Shown here: piece after piece, positions 22,201 through 30,816 of the stretch
Layout: each line of letters begins with the position of its first letter
How positions within the stretch are numbered: the first letter of the stretch is position 1
IMG/VR virus record: IMGVR_UViG_3300005239_000039
Span: 1-64,000 of that record
Reading direction: 5' to 3' (one strand)
DNA length: 64,000 nt
Origin: a virus
Lineage: Duplodnaviria; Caudoviricetes
Position numbers and translations under genes: made by a program
Notes under the pieces: model-generated
Told to the model about the DNA's origin: nothing
Database searches by the model: none
Seen by the model: the letters and a program-made list of their open reading frames with translations, nothing else

Positions 22201-25200
22201 TTCAAGAATGATATACCAGATATTTTTGAACCAAATAATTTCAATCAATTTAGTTTTGCGAGAGCGTCAGATACATTAGACTTTAGACCAAGAGTTGCTC
22301 CTTTCGGAACTGAAGCTGGAAAATCACCATTTGATTATGATTCTAGAGATTTCTCAGGTACTGGTTCTTCTTCACCATTGATTCCAAAAGACTCTGAAAG
22401 TTCTTTCCTTAGTTATGAGTATTATTTGGGTAGAATGGATAGAATCATTCTAACTCCAGAGGGTGAAATTGAAGTTGTTACGGGTACTCCATCTGACGAT
22501 CCACAAGTACCTTCAGTTGTCGAAGACTCTATGACTTTGGCAACATTGGAGTCTCCACCATATGTTTATGACATTGAAGATACTGAACTAACTCTCGTTG
22601 ATAATAAGCGTTTCACAATGAGAGATATCGGTGCTCTTGAAGATAGAATTGAAAATCTTGAAGATACCGTGTCTCTTTCAATACTTGAAAATGATACCAG
22701 ATCTTTACAAATTACAGATGCTGATGGGTTGAACAGATTCAAAACTGGGTTCTTTGCTGATGATTTCACAAATGATGACTTATTCGATGAAGAATTAACA
22801 ACAATGGTTGTGGATCCTGGTATCGAACAACTTTCATGTGAAGCTTTCCAAGTATCTTTAACTCCACAGTTGCAGTATCAAAAACAAAATGATGTTAATA
22901 CTCTAGATCTATCATCTAATGATCCATTGTTAGATACAAATTGTCAAAAAACAGGAAATGTTGTAAGTCTAAAATATGAAGAGATTGAATATCTAAAGCA
23001 AGCATTTGCAACTAGAGTTGAGAATGTAAACCCATTCAGTGTTATTGATTATATTGGTACTATTAAATTAGAACCAGCACAAGATACTTGGACAGAAACT
23101 AGGGTTAAGAATAAAAAGGTAGTTAAGAAAAAGTTCAAGACTGTAAACAAAAAAAGTACAAACGTTGTTAATAAATTCAAGGTTGGAAAACCAAAAAATG
23201 GTCCGTCTTCAATGAAGACTACGACCAAGAAGAAAACAAAAGTATCAAAGTCAAAAGATACTAAAATTACCAACGTTTCTACAAAAATTAAGTCAAAGAC
23301 TAGTCAAGCTAAGTATATGAGACGTAGAAACGTCTCATTCTTTGCTGAAACATTGAAACCTTTTACAAGATATTATGGTTTCTATGATGGATCCAAAAAA
23401 GTAAGAGTTCTTCCCAAATTGGTAGAAATTGACAATGTTCAAGGATCTTTCCAAGTTGGCGAAATTTGCGAAATTTGGAATAGAAGATCTCTAAAATTTG
23501 TTGATGGTGTAGGTAATCTAAACGTTGAAGATAAGTTTGATGACGTTGTAGATGATCCTAAGGGTAAGAAGTTTAGGAAGGCTCGTAGAAGAGCTGTTGT
23601 TAGACTTGCTCAACCAAATCACAAGTCTGGAGAGATTAAAAACCCAGACCAGGTATATACTTTTAATCCATATGATAGAGATCAAGACATTAGTAAGTTA
23701 ACCACTTACAATAGTTCTTCTACATTTTTGAATTTAGATACACTTGGAATGTCTCGTCAACAACAAGGTAAGTTCTTTGGAAACTTCTGGTCAAATTTTG
23801 TAATTATCGGTAGAACCAGTGGTGCAGTTGCACAAGTACAACGAAAGAGGTTGATAAGTGATGGTGTTGGAAGTTTGTATGGAAACATTGCATTTGCTGG
23901 CCCAAAAAATAAGAATAGAAGATTTAAGACAGGAACCAAAATATTCAAAATAACTAATGATAATAAGGATACAGATCCGTTACCTGGAGCACTCACGCAT
24001 TCTGATGCAGAAACTCCATTCACCTCTTCAGGGACAATTATCAGAACTACATTAACAACAACAATCAAAAAACTGGTAACAACCACGAAGAATGCGGTTA
24101 CGACTGTAACTAAAACTAATGTCTTTAGGATGCAAAAGCTTCCACCTCCACAAATTATTGTGCGGCAGACCATCATTAATAGAACTATTATTAGAAGAGT
24201 AAGAAGGAGAGATCCTCTAGCACAGTCATTCACAACAGATAAGAAAGGTGCATTCATTTCTTCTGTTGACATTTATATGGCAACAAAAGACAACAAAGCA
24301 CCATTGACTGTTGAATTGAGAACAATTCAATTAGGTCTACCAACACTACAACTTGTTTCTCAAGAAGCACAAGTTGTTCTTCAACCATCACAAGTGAATA
24401 TTTCTGATGATGCTAGTGTTGCTACTAGAGTTACTTTCTCAGCACCAATTCCTGTTGAACCAGAAACTGAATATTGTATTGTACTTCTAGCACCAACTTC
24501 GGTCAAGTATAATGCCTGGATTGCAAAACTTGGAGAGAAAACTATAAACACTGCAGAACTATCTGGGCCTGAATCTCAGCAATATACTAGACAGTATGGT
24601 GCTGGTTCACTGTATAAGTCACAGAACGGTTCTATTTGGACACCATGTCAATTTGAAGACATGAAGTTCCGAGTTAATAAGTGTAAGTTTTTAGCTGAGA
24701 ATGGAACTGTTACATTCCATAATCCAGATATTGATAGAGACGGTGATCTACTTCCTGACATGCCAGAAGATCCAATTAAATCTCTACCAAGAAATCTTGA
24801 TGTTGGTATTACAACTGTATTGACACAAGGGATGAAGGATATTCTACAGATTGGTAGAAAGGTCGGAACTGGATCACTTGTTACTGGTGTAATTGGTAAT
24901 GTTGGTGGAACTATCCAATCTATTAAAGCTAATTTGCCTGGTATTGGATATTCTAATGGTACTTACAATAATGTAAACTTCTTCTCATTATCTGGTGATG
25001 GATCTGGAGCAACAGGTTCAGTAACAATTGCTGATGGTATTTTATCTTCAGCGTCAATTGCAAATACTGGAACTGGTTATATTGCTGGTGAATCTCTTGG
25101 TATTACCACAGCAGATGTGACTAAAGGAACTGGGGCTCAGATATCAATTTCTGATATCAATGGTGTTGATACACTATATCTTACAAATGTTCGTGGTGAA

Positions 25201-26637
25201 CATCTTACTGTTGATGACCCACTAGTTTACTATGATAATAGTGGAAATGCACAAACTTTGAATACTGGTGTTACAACAGCAGTTAGAACTTCAATTATTT
25301 CTGATGAATTATATTCAGGTAATGTAATTGAAATTCTTCATCCAAGTCATGCACTAAAAGATATTCGCAATCTTGTTGATATCTATAACGTAGATCCAAC
25401 AAGAATTCCTTCAGAATTAAATCAAGATATTAACGCCACTGTAACATCTATTGGAGTTGCTGACACTTCACCTTATGGAACATTCCAAGGTGTATCTACT
25501 TCTGCTGGATATGTATTGGTTGATAATGAAGTCATGTATTACAATAGCATTGGTAATGGTACTCTTGGAATAGCCACAAGAGGTGCAGAAGGAACCACGG
25601 CCGTTAGACATGCATCTGGAGACGAAGTGTATCCATATGAATTCAATGGCGTTTCACTGACTCAAATCAATAAAGTTCATAATATTCCTGCCGCAGTAGT
25701 TTTCCAAGCAAATAAAACTATTGATACTTACTATGTAGAAATTGACAGGGGGAATAGAAGAGATGGTCCAAACATGTTGAATTTTGAGAGTGAATTTATT
25801 GCTGGTGGTGATGAAGTATTTGCTTCTGGTAATATTCAGTATGACAGACTAAATACCAGACTTGATATTGTTACTCCTAAGAGAACCAGAATTAAAACTC
25901 GCGTGAGAACAGTTTCTGGAACTAGTGCTGGTGGTGTTGAACCATCTTTTGTTGATCAAGGATTCGTGTCAGCTGAACCAAATGCAACTATATTGTTTAG
26001 TAGACCTCAAATGGTTTGTTCAAAAGTAAATGAAGATGCAAATGTAACAGGTCTGCCAAGAAACAAATCACTTACAGTTGAAATTGATCTTCAGAGTAGA
26101 GATTCTAATTATTCTCCATTCATCTATCTTGATAACTGCACTATTGACTTTGATAGATCTAGAATTGACAACCCAATCAGTGATTATACGACTGATTCCA
26201 GAGTAAATTCCTTAGAAGATGATCCTCATGCTGCAATATATGTTTCTGAAAGGATTGACCTGAAAAACCCTGCAACTTCACTTAAGTTGTTGACAGCAGC
26301 TTATGTTGATTCCACTGCAGACATCAGAGCACTTTTCAGAACATTCCCAGTTGATAGTGGAAACACAGAACCAGCATTTGTTCTATTCCCTGGATTTGAT
26401 AACTTAACTGATACTGATGGTGATAATTTTGGTGATGAAATCATAGATCCAACTAAAAATTCTGGTAAACCAGATCAACAGGTTATTCCTGTTATATCCG
26501 ATGAAATGAGAGAGTATCAATTTAGTATTGATGAGTTACCACCATTTACTGCATATCAGATAAAGATTGTGTTTAGTGGAACAAATGAGTGTCTTGCTCC
26601 TAGAATGAATGATCTCAGAACCATTGCATTAGCATAA
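19243..26637 (+). CDS. Large virion structural protein (2464 aa; DUF4815/VrlC-like)
   Basis: NTTPYFDDF...FYKVLFKPG.PVQARELN N-terminus, APGADRFK, RDPLAQSF and SQNGSIWT motifs typical of this large myovirus structural family. Confidence 0.8.
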   Translation: MAQKTNLNTTPYFDDFNENDNFYKVLFKPGFPVQARELNNAQSILQNQIEQFGDHFFKDGSVVIPGGLTYDSEYYAIKINPEYLGVSVSTYAKSFIGTEILGQTSRVTASVVNVLFEEDSIDNQLTLYVKYLNSSEDGAFSTFSESELLLGEEDVTYGNTTISQGAPFAQVVAQDAASIGSAISIADGVYFIRGFFVNVSAQTILLDQYTNTPTYRVGLEIIETTVNSNENTKLFDNAAGFNNFSAPGADRFKFELQLSKKLLTDTDDKSFVELLRLDGGEPDQAEPKTQYNKIRDYLAKRTYEESGDYVVVPMDLTMDECLNDEQGNDGVYERTQTTRDGNIPSDDLMCLTVGPGKAYVSGYDIDITGSRVIDIPKPRATKKVDDSLVSFDLGSILLVENVHGTPVIGLDKDSTHVIDLYDQRRNSTTAGTGEKVGEARLYSFAPRNSYSNNNSNWELRLYDIQTYTELTLNEVYQYSKGTYFKGNSSGASGYAAEAWSSGDKVKLHQTSGTFAEGETISIDGTNEFPRTIKDIIVYDINSVKSVYQDASTLGLTADFVADTLQRGRVAPRFTRRDTIQVSAAGTVTSPGNKFTGIATNSIIRYQNPEYDRVVFNRVSAVAADGNSMTVVAVPTVAGVVTGTLPSSTIETGFRIGETRFDQGDNGGSLFLPLDQVNIASVDISKSNLTIYEQILAQSTNTLGEMSINISNVGVTSSFFDAFDGERYVITYSDGSTENLRSEQVTINNDGTIVSFTGLNKSESNVTVLVTAKKKGLQSKLKEWTRSTKLTVDKSKLRSSGITTGTVNGMTHNAFYGLRVEDEEISLNYPDVAQILAVYESKTSVAPTLDALTFETGLGLDTNSIVGEYLLGPNNTAVAQIITRVSPIKVEVVYLNDERFSVGETLTFQESRIEATIQSVLDGRYVDLTEQYVLDDGQRPDFSDYSRLVRVENKVPTKQLLVIFNHYTIPDSDDGDAFTVLSYGADRFKNDIPDIFEPNNFNQFSFARASDTLDFRPRVAPFGTEAGKSPFDYDSRDFSGTGSSSPLIPKDSESSFLSYEYYLGRMDRIILTPEGEIEVVTGTPSDDPQVPSVVEDSMTLATLESPPYVYDIEDTELTLVDNKRFTMRDIGALEDRIENLEDTVSLSILENDTRSLQITDADGLNRFKTGFFADDFTNDDLFDEELTTMVVDPGIEQLSCEAFQVSLTPQLQYQKQNDVNTLDLSSNDPLLDTNCQKTGNVVSLKYEEIEYLKQAFATRVENVNPFSVIDYIGTIKLEPAQDTWTETRVKNKKVVKKKFKTVNKKSTNVVNKFKVGKPKNGPSSMKTTTKKKTKVSKSKDTKITNVSTKIKSKTSQAKYMRRRNVSFFAETLKPFTRYYGFYDGSKKVRVLPKLVEIDNVQGSFQVGEICEIWNRRSLKFVDGVGNLNVEDKFDDVVDDPKGKKFRKARRRAVVRLAQPNHKSGEIKNPDQVYTFNPYDRDQDISKLTTYNSSSTFLNLDTLGMSRQQQGKFFGNFWSNFVIIGRTSGAVAQVQRKRLISDGVGSLYGNIAFAGPKNKNRRFKTGTKIFKITNDNKDTDPLPGALTHSDAETPFTSSGTIIRTTLTTTIKKLVTTTKNAVTTVTKTNVFRMQKLPPPQIIVRQTIINRTIIRRVRRRDPLAQSFTTDKKGAFISSVDIYMATKDNKAPLTVELRTIQLGLPTLQLVSQEAQVVLQPSQVNISDDASVATRVTFSAPIPVEPETEYCIVLLAPTSVKYNAWIAKLGEKTINTAELSGPESQQYTRQYGAGSLYKSQNGSIWTPCQFEDMKFRVNKCKFLAENGTVTFHNPDIDRDGDLLPDMPEDPIKSLPRNLDVGITTVLTQGMKDILQIGRKVGTGSLVTGVIGNVGGTIQSIKANLPGIGYSNGTYNNVNFFSLSGDGSGATGSVTIADGILSSASIANTGTGYIAGESLGITTADVTKGTGAQISISDINGVDTLYLTNVRGEHLTVDDPLVYYDNSGNAQTLNTGVTTAVRTSIISDELYSGNVIEILHPSHALKDIRNLVDIYNVDPTRIPSELNQDINATVTSIGVADTSPYGTFQGVSTSAGYVLVDNEVMYYNSIGNGTLGIATRGAEGTTAVRHASGDEVYPYEFNGVSLTQINKVHNIPAAVVFQANKTIDTYYVEIDRGNRRDGPNMLNFESEFIAGGDEVFASGNIQYDRLNTRLDIVTPKRTRIKTRVRTVSGTSAGGVEPSFVDQGFVSAEPNATILFSRPQMVCSKVNEDANVTGLPRNKSLTVEIDLQSRDSNYSPFIYLDNCTIDFDRSRIDNPISDYTTDSRVNSLEDDPHAAIYVSERIDLKNPATSLKLLTAAYVDSTADIRALFRTFPVDSGNTEPAFVLFPGFDNLTDTDGDNFGDEIIDPTKNSGKPDQQVIPVISDEMREYQFSIDELPPFTAYQIKIVFSGTNECLAPRMNDLRTIALA

Positions 26638-26638
26638 A

Positions 26639-26851
26639 ATGTCGGAATATATTAAAGTAGATCAAGACTCCAGTTTGTATAAAAATATGCACACTGGAGC
26701 AGTGATCAATATTGATGATCAAGGGTATGAAAATTACATGAGAATGAAAAGAAAAAAAGAAAGGAAAGATGAAGAGATTGATCAACTTAAAGATGAACTC
26801 TCTGAAATAAAGGGACTATTGAAGACTCTCATTGAAAATAATAATAAATAG
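26639..26851 (+). CDS. Small hypothetical protein with coiled-coil-like C-terminus (70 aa)
   Basis: ORF tightly packed behind the 2464-aa gene; EIDQLKDELSEIKGLLKTL heptad pattern. Confidence 0.75.
   Translation: MSEYIKVDQDSSLYKNMHTGAVINIDDQGYENYMRMKRKKERKDEEIDQLKDELSEIKGLLKTLIENNNK
26843..26850 (+). promoter_or_regulatory. Late promoter variant AATAAATA
   Basis: NATAAATA variant about 26 nt before the next ATG. Confidence 0.55.
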
Positions 26852-26876
26852 TCAAGAGCCCTGATGAACTTGTAAG

Positions 26877-27233
26877 ATGGCAGTATATTCACACAACTTG
26901 ATTATCAATCAAGGTGCTGATTTTACTAAAAATTTCACCATTGAAGATGCGTCAACAAACTCACCCAAGAGTTTGGTTGGATATGCTGTTAGTGCTCAAT
27001 TAAGAAAGACTCCAACGTCATCTTCAAAACACACTTTCATTTCAACAGTGACAAGTGATAGTGGTGGAAATGTTCGTATTTCTTTAGGTGCAACAGAAAC
27101 ATCTGCCATAAAAAGTGGTAGATATGTTTATGATGTTGTAATTAATAGTGGAATAGACACTGTGAGTGGTATTTCTACAACACTTAGAGTTGTTCAAGGT
27201 TCCGCGATTGTTAATCCTGGAATTACCCGATAA
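26877..27233 (+). CDS. Small virion structural protein (118 aa, Ig-like/BppU-like)
   Basis: NLIINQGADF...AQLRK...GRYVYDVVI motifs; located in the structural module. Confidence 0.65.
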   Translation: MAVYSHNLIINQGADFTKNFTIEDASTNSPKSLVGYAVSAQLRKTPTSSSKHTFISTVTSDSGGNVRISLGATETSAIKSGRYVYDVVINSGIDTVSGISTTLRVVQGSAIVNPGITR

Positions 27234-27367
27234 TGGCTGGAATAACTACAGTCACAACTGAGGATAACTCTACTGCAACTACAGTTTTATTAAATAATAG
27301 GACTGATAAATCAGTTTCATCTCTTGATGATACCAGCAAATCCGTAAAAATTTTACTGAATAATTAA
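27233..27367 (+). CDS. Possible 44-aa Thr/Ser-rich micro-ORF
   Basis: TAATG stop/start overlap with the upstream gene; fills the gap to gp13 (read manually). Confidence 0.4.
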   Translation: MAGITTVTTEDNSTATTVLLNNRTDKSVSSLDDTSKSVKILLNN

Positions 27368-27378
27368 TTTGGAGTAAA

Positions 27379-28218
27379 ATGGCATCACCATCTACAAGAC
27401 AAGAATTAATAGATTACTCTCTACGAAAACTTGGTGCGCCAGTTTTAGAAATCAACGTAGATGATGACCAGATAGACGATTTGGTTGATGATAGTATTCA
27501 ATATTTTCAAGAGCGTCATTATGACGGATCTCAAAAAACGTATCTAAAATATCAAATTACACAAGATGATATTGATAGGGGAAGGGGTCCAGGTAGCTCT
27601 GCAAGCAGTGGAATTTCAACTACAACAGTAGCAGATTCTGTTGGAGTAACAACACAATTTTCATATGAAGAGAATAATAACTATATCAAAGTACCAGATT
27701 TTGTTATAGGAATCAATAAAATTTTCAAATTTGACACTAGTTCTATTTCTGGTGGCATGTTTAGTATTAAATATCAACTATTTTTAAATGATCTTTACTT
27801 TTTTAGTAGTGTTGATCTACTAAATTATTCAATGACAAAAAGATATCTAGAAGATATTGATTTCTTATTAACTACCGACAAGCAAATTAGATTTTCAAAG
27901 AGATCTGGCAGATTATATCTAGATATTGATTGGACTGCTCAGACAGCTGGGGATTATCTTGTTATTGAATGTATTCGTGCTTTGAATCCATCAGATTTTA
28001 ATGAAATATTTAATGATACTTGGGTAAAAAGATACACGACTGCTTTAATTAAAAGACAGTGGGGTGCGAACATGATGAAATTTAGTGGAACCAAACTACC
28101 TGGAGGTGTTGAACTTAACGGTAGACAATATTATGAAGATGGAAATTCAGAAATAAGAGAAATAGAAGATAAGATGGCTAGTTATTATGAACTACCTCCC
28201 ATGGACATGATAGGATAA
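27379..28218 (+). CDS. gp13: Neck protein gp13
   Basis: LRKLGAPVLEINVDDDQIDD and ALIKRQWGANMMKF..KLPGGVELNG motifs. Confidence 0.93.
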   Translation: MASPSTRQELIDYSLRKLGAPVLEINVDDDQIDDLVDDSIQYFQERHYDGSQKTYLKYQITQDDIDRGRGPGSSASSGISTTTVADSVGVTTQFSYEENNNYIKVPDFVIGINKIFKFDTSSISGGMFSIKYQLFLNDLYFFSSVDLLNYSMTKRYLEDIDFLLTTDKQIRFSKRSGRLYLDIDWTAQTAGDYLVIECIRALNPSDFNEIFNDTWVKRYTTALIKRQWGANMMKFSGTKLPGGVELNGRQYYEDGNSEIREIEDKMASYYELPPMDMIG

Positions 28219-29597
28219 TGGCAAGAAATCCCTATTTTCTACAAGGATCAAAGCAAGAGCAATATTTGCTTCAAGATCTAATCAATGAGCAATTAAAGAT
28301 CTATGGGATAGATGTATATTATATCCCAAGAAAAATAATTGGCACCGAAACTCTCTCAAGAGAAGTAACGATGTCTAAATTAGATGATAATTTTATCATT
28401 GAAGCATATCTCGATAACTATGAGGGATATGGTGGTAATACTGATATTATGACCAAGTTTGGAATAGAACTTAGAAATGAAATTTCTTTGACTATTTCAA
28501 GAGAAAAATTTGATACTTATATTGTAGAGTTTTTAAAAGACTTAAAAGAACAAGATGCCAGTGAAATCATACTAGATAGCAGACCTAGAGAAGGTGATGT
28601 AATATATTTCCCACTTGGTGAAAGACTATATGAAATTAAAAATGTTGAGCATGAAAAGCCATTCTTTCAATTAGGTGAAAATTACGTTTATCAATTACAG
28701 TGTGAACTTCTTAGACTTGAAGATGAGATTATTAATACTGGAGTTGCTGAGATTGATGACGCAGTTATTGATGAAGGATATATTACTACAATAAATCTTA
28801 CAGGATCTGGTGTAAATGCTACTGCAACTGCTGGTATTGCGTTGACTGGAGCAGTTAGAAAAATTGAACTTAATAATGATGGATATAACTATACATCAGT
28901 TCCAACGGTAGCAATTTCAACTGCACCTGTAGGTGGAACAAATGCAACAGCTGTTGCAATAACAACATCCAACTCTATTCTGGAAGTTCTTATTACAAAT
29001 GCTGGTGCAGGATATACAGTAGTTCCAACTGTCACATTTAGTGGTGGCGGTGGTATTGGAGCAGCTGCAACAGCAATTCTTGGTGATGGATCTGTTCAAA
29101 CACTCACCATTACAAACCCTGGATCACTTTATGTTACTGCTCCTGTAGTAACTATGGCTGGTTCAGCAAATACATCAATCGGTTCCTCTGCTGAAGTATT
29201 CTCCACGATTGGAACTGGTGGAACTATTACTGAAATGAAAATTAGAAATGCTGGATTTGGTTATACTGTGGCACCAACCGTAGGTATTTCTACAGCACCA
29301 TCAATTGGAACTGGAGTCTTTGTTAGTAATGAAATTGTTACTGGAAGTCTATCTGGCACTACAGCAAGAGTCAAGAAATACGATAAAGATGCCAAGACCC
29401 TAGACGTGTACATAAATAGTGGTACGTTCACAGCTGGAGAAAATATTGTAGGCGCTACATCTAACGCCACGCATACAGTCTCCGCCTTTAAATCAGATCC
29501 TGGAATTCAAATAGAATTCGCTCAAAATGAAGAGATTGAAGACTTAGCTGATGATATCTTAGACTTCACAGAATCGAATCCCTTCGGTACATACTAA
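28218..29597 (+). CDS. gp14: Neck protein gp14 with Gly/Thr-rich insertion
   Basis: IYGIDVYYIPR, SKLDDNFIIEAY, PREGDVIYFP and C-terminal LDFTESNPFG motifs. Confidence 0.9.
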   Translation: MARNPYFLQGSKQEQYLLQDLINEQLKIYGIDVYYIPRKIIGTETLSREVTMSKLDDNFIIEAYLDNYEGYGGNTDIMTKFGIELRNEISLTISREKFDTYIVEFLKDLKEQDASEIILDSRPREGDVIYFPLGERLYEIKNVEHEKPFFQLGENYVYQLQCELLRLEDEIINTGVAEIDDAVIDEGYITTINLTGSGVNATATAGIALTGAVRKIELNNDGYNYTSVPTVAISTAPVGGTNATAVAITTSNSILEVLITNAGAGYTVVPTVTFSGGGGIGAAATAILGDGSVQTLTITNPGSLYVTAPVVTMAGSANTSIGSSAEVFSTIGTGGTITEMKIRNAGFGYTVAPTVGISTAPSIGTGVFVSNEIVTGSLSGTTARVKKYDKDAKTLDVYINSGTFTAGENIVGATSNATHTVSAFKSDPGIQIEFAQNEEIEDLADDILDFTESNPFGTY

Positions 29598-30394
29598 TGT
29601 TAGGAACTTATTACTATCACGAAATATTACGAAAGACAATCGTTGCCTTTGGTACTATTTTTAATGATATTCATGTAAGACATACGAGTGATGACTCTGG
29701 AACAATTAGTGATATAAAAGTTCCTTTAGCATATGCACCTCAACAAAAATTTCTTGCAAGGTTAGAACAACAGGCACAACTCGATAGACCAGTTGCGATA
29801 ACATTGCCAAGAATGTCATTTGAAATGTTGGGAATTACATATGATGCATCTAGAAAGTCAAATGTAACTAAAACTTTCAAAGCAGTAGATGGTGAAAATC
29901 TAAAGAAAGTATTTCTTCCTGTTCCTTATAACGTAGAATTTCAGTTATCAATATATTCAAAGTTAAATGAAGACGCTCTACAGATAGTAGAGCAAATTTT
30001 ACCATACTTCCAACCATCTTTTAAAGTTAGTGTTGATTTGGTGAATTCAATAGGAGAGAAAAGAGATATTGCAATTACATTAAATAATATCAATATGACT
30101 GATGAATACGAAGGGAATTTTCAAACCAGAAGAGCTTTAATTTATAATTTAACGTTTACTGCTAACACATATCTATTTGGTCCTATAGCAGAAAGCACTG
30201 ATGGACTAATTCGTAAGGTTCAAGTTGATTATCATACTCAAACTGATACAGATTCAGCTAAACGTGAAATGAGATATACCGCTGTTCCTGATCCTATTGA
30301 TGCCAATCCTGGAGATGACTTTGGATTCAGTGAAACCATAGAAATGTTTAGTGATAGTAAGTCATTTAATCCCGCTTCAGGAACTGATTCATAA
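29597..30394 (+). CDS. gp15: Tail terminator / sheath stabiliser gp15
   Basis: YYHEILRKTIVAFGTIFN, KVPLAYAP, TLPRMSFEM and IVEQILPYFQP motifs. Confidence 0.93.
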   Translation: MLGTYYYHEILRKTIVAFGTIFNDIHVRHTSDDSGTISDIKVPLAYAPQQKFLARLEQQAQLDRPVAITLPRMSFEMLGITYDASRKSNVTKTFKAVDGENLKKVFLPVPYNVEFQLSIYSKLNEDALQIVEQILPYFQPSFKVSVDLVNSIGEKRDIAITLNNINMTDEYEGNFQTRRALIYNLTFTANTYLFGPIAESTDGLIRKVQVDYHTQTDTDSAKREMRYTAVPDPIDANPGDDFGFSETIEMFSDSKSFNPASGTDS

Positions 30395-30402
30395 TTAATA
30401 CC

Positions 30403-30816
30403 ATGCCTAAATCATTCGATAAAATTAGTGATTCTTTGAATACTGAAACTGATATTATAGATATCACTCCCAAGGAATCTGAAATTATTCCAGTTGTTTC
30501 TGATGAAAGAATTGAACAGTCTAAAAAAGACTATGAATATACAAGAGGGAATCTTTATTCTTTAATTGAAAAAGGTCAAGAAAGTTTAAACGGAATTATG
30601 GAATTAGCTCAGGAGTCAGATTCTCCTAGAGCATATGAAGTTGCTGGACAGATTATAAAAAGTGTTGCAGATACAACTGATAAACTTATAGATCTGCAGA
30701 AAAAAATGAAGGAACTAAATAAAGATGAGGACTCTGGTCCAAAATCTATTACAAATAATTCATTATTTGTAGGATCTACGGCAGAGTTAGCAAAATTTCT
30801 TAAGAGTCAGAAATGA
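30403..30816 (+). CDS. gp16: Terminase small subunit gp16
   Basis: DYEYTRGNL...PRAYEVAGQIIK...NNSLFVGSTAEL motifs. Confidence 0.93.
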   Translation: MPKSFDKISDSLNTETDIIDITPKESEIIPVVSDERIEQSKKDYEYTRGNLYSLIEKGQESLNGIMELAQESDSPRAYEVAGQIIKSVADTTDKLIDLQKKMKELNKDEDSGPKSITNNSLFVGSTAELAKFLKSQK

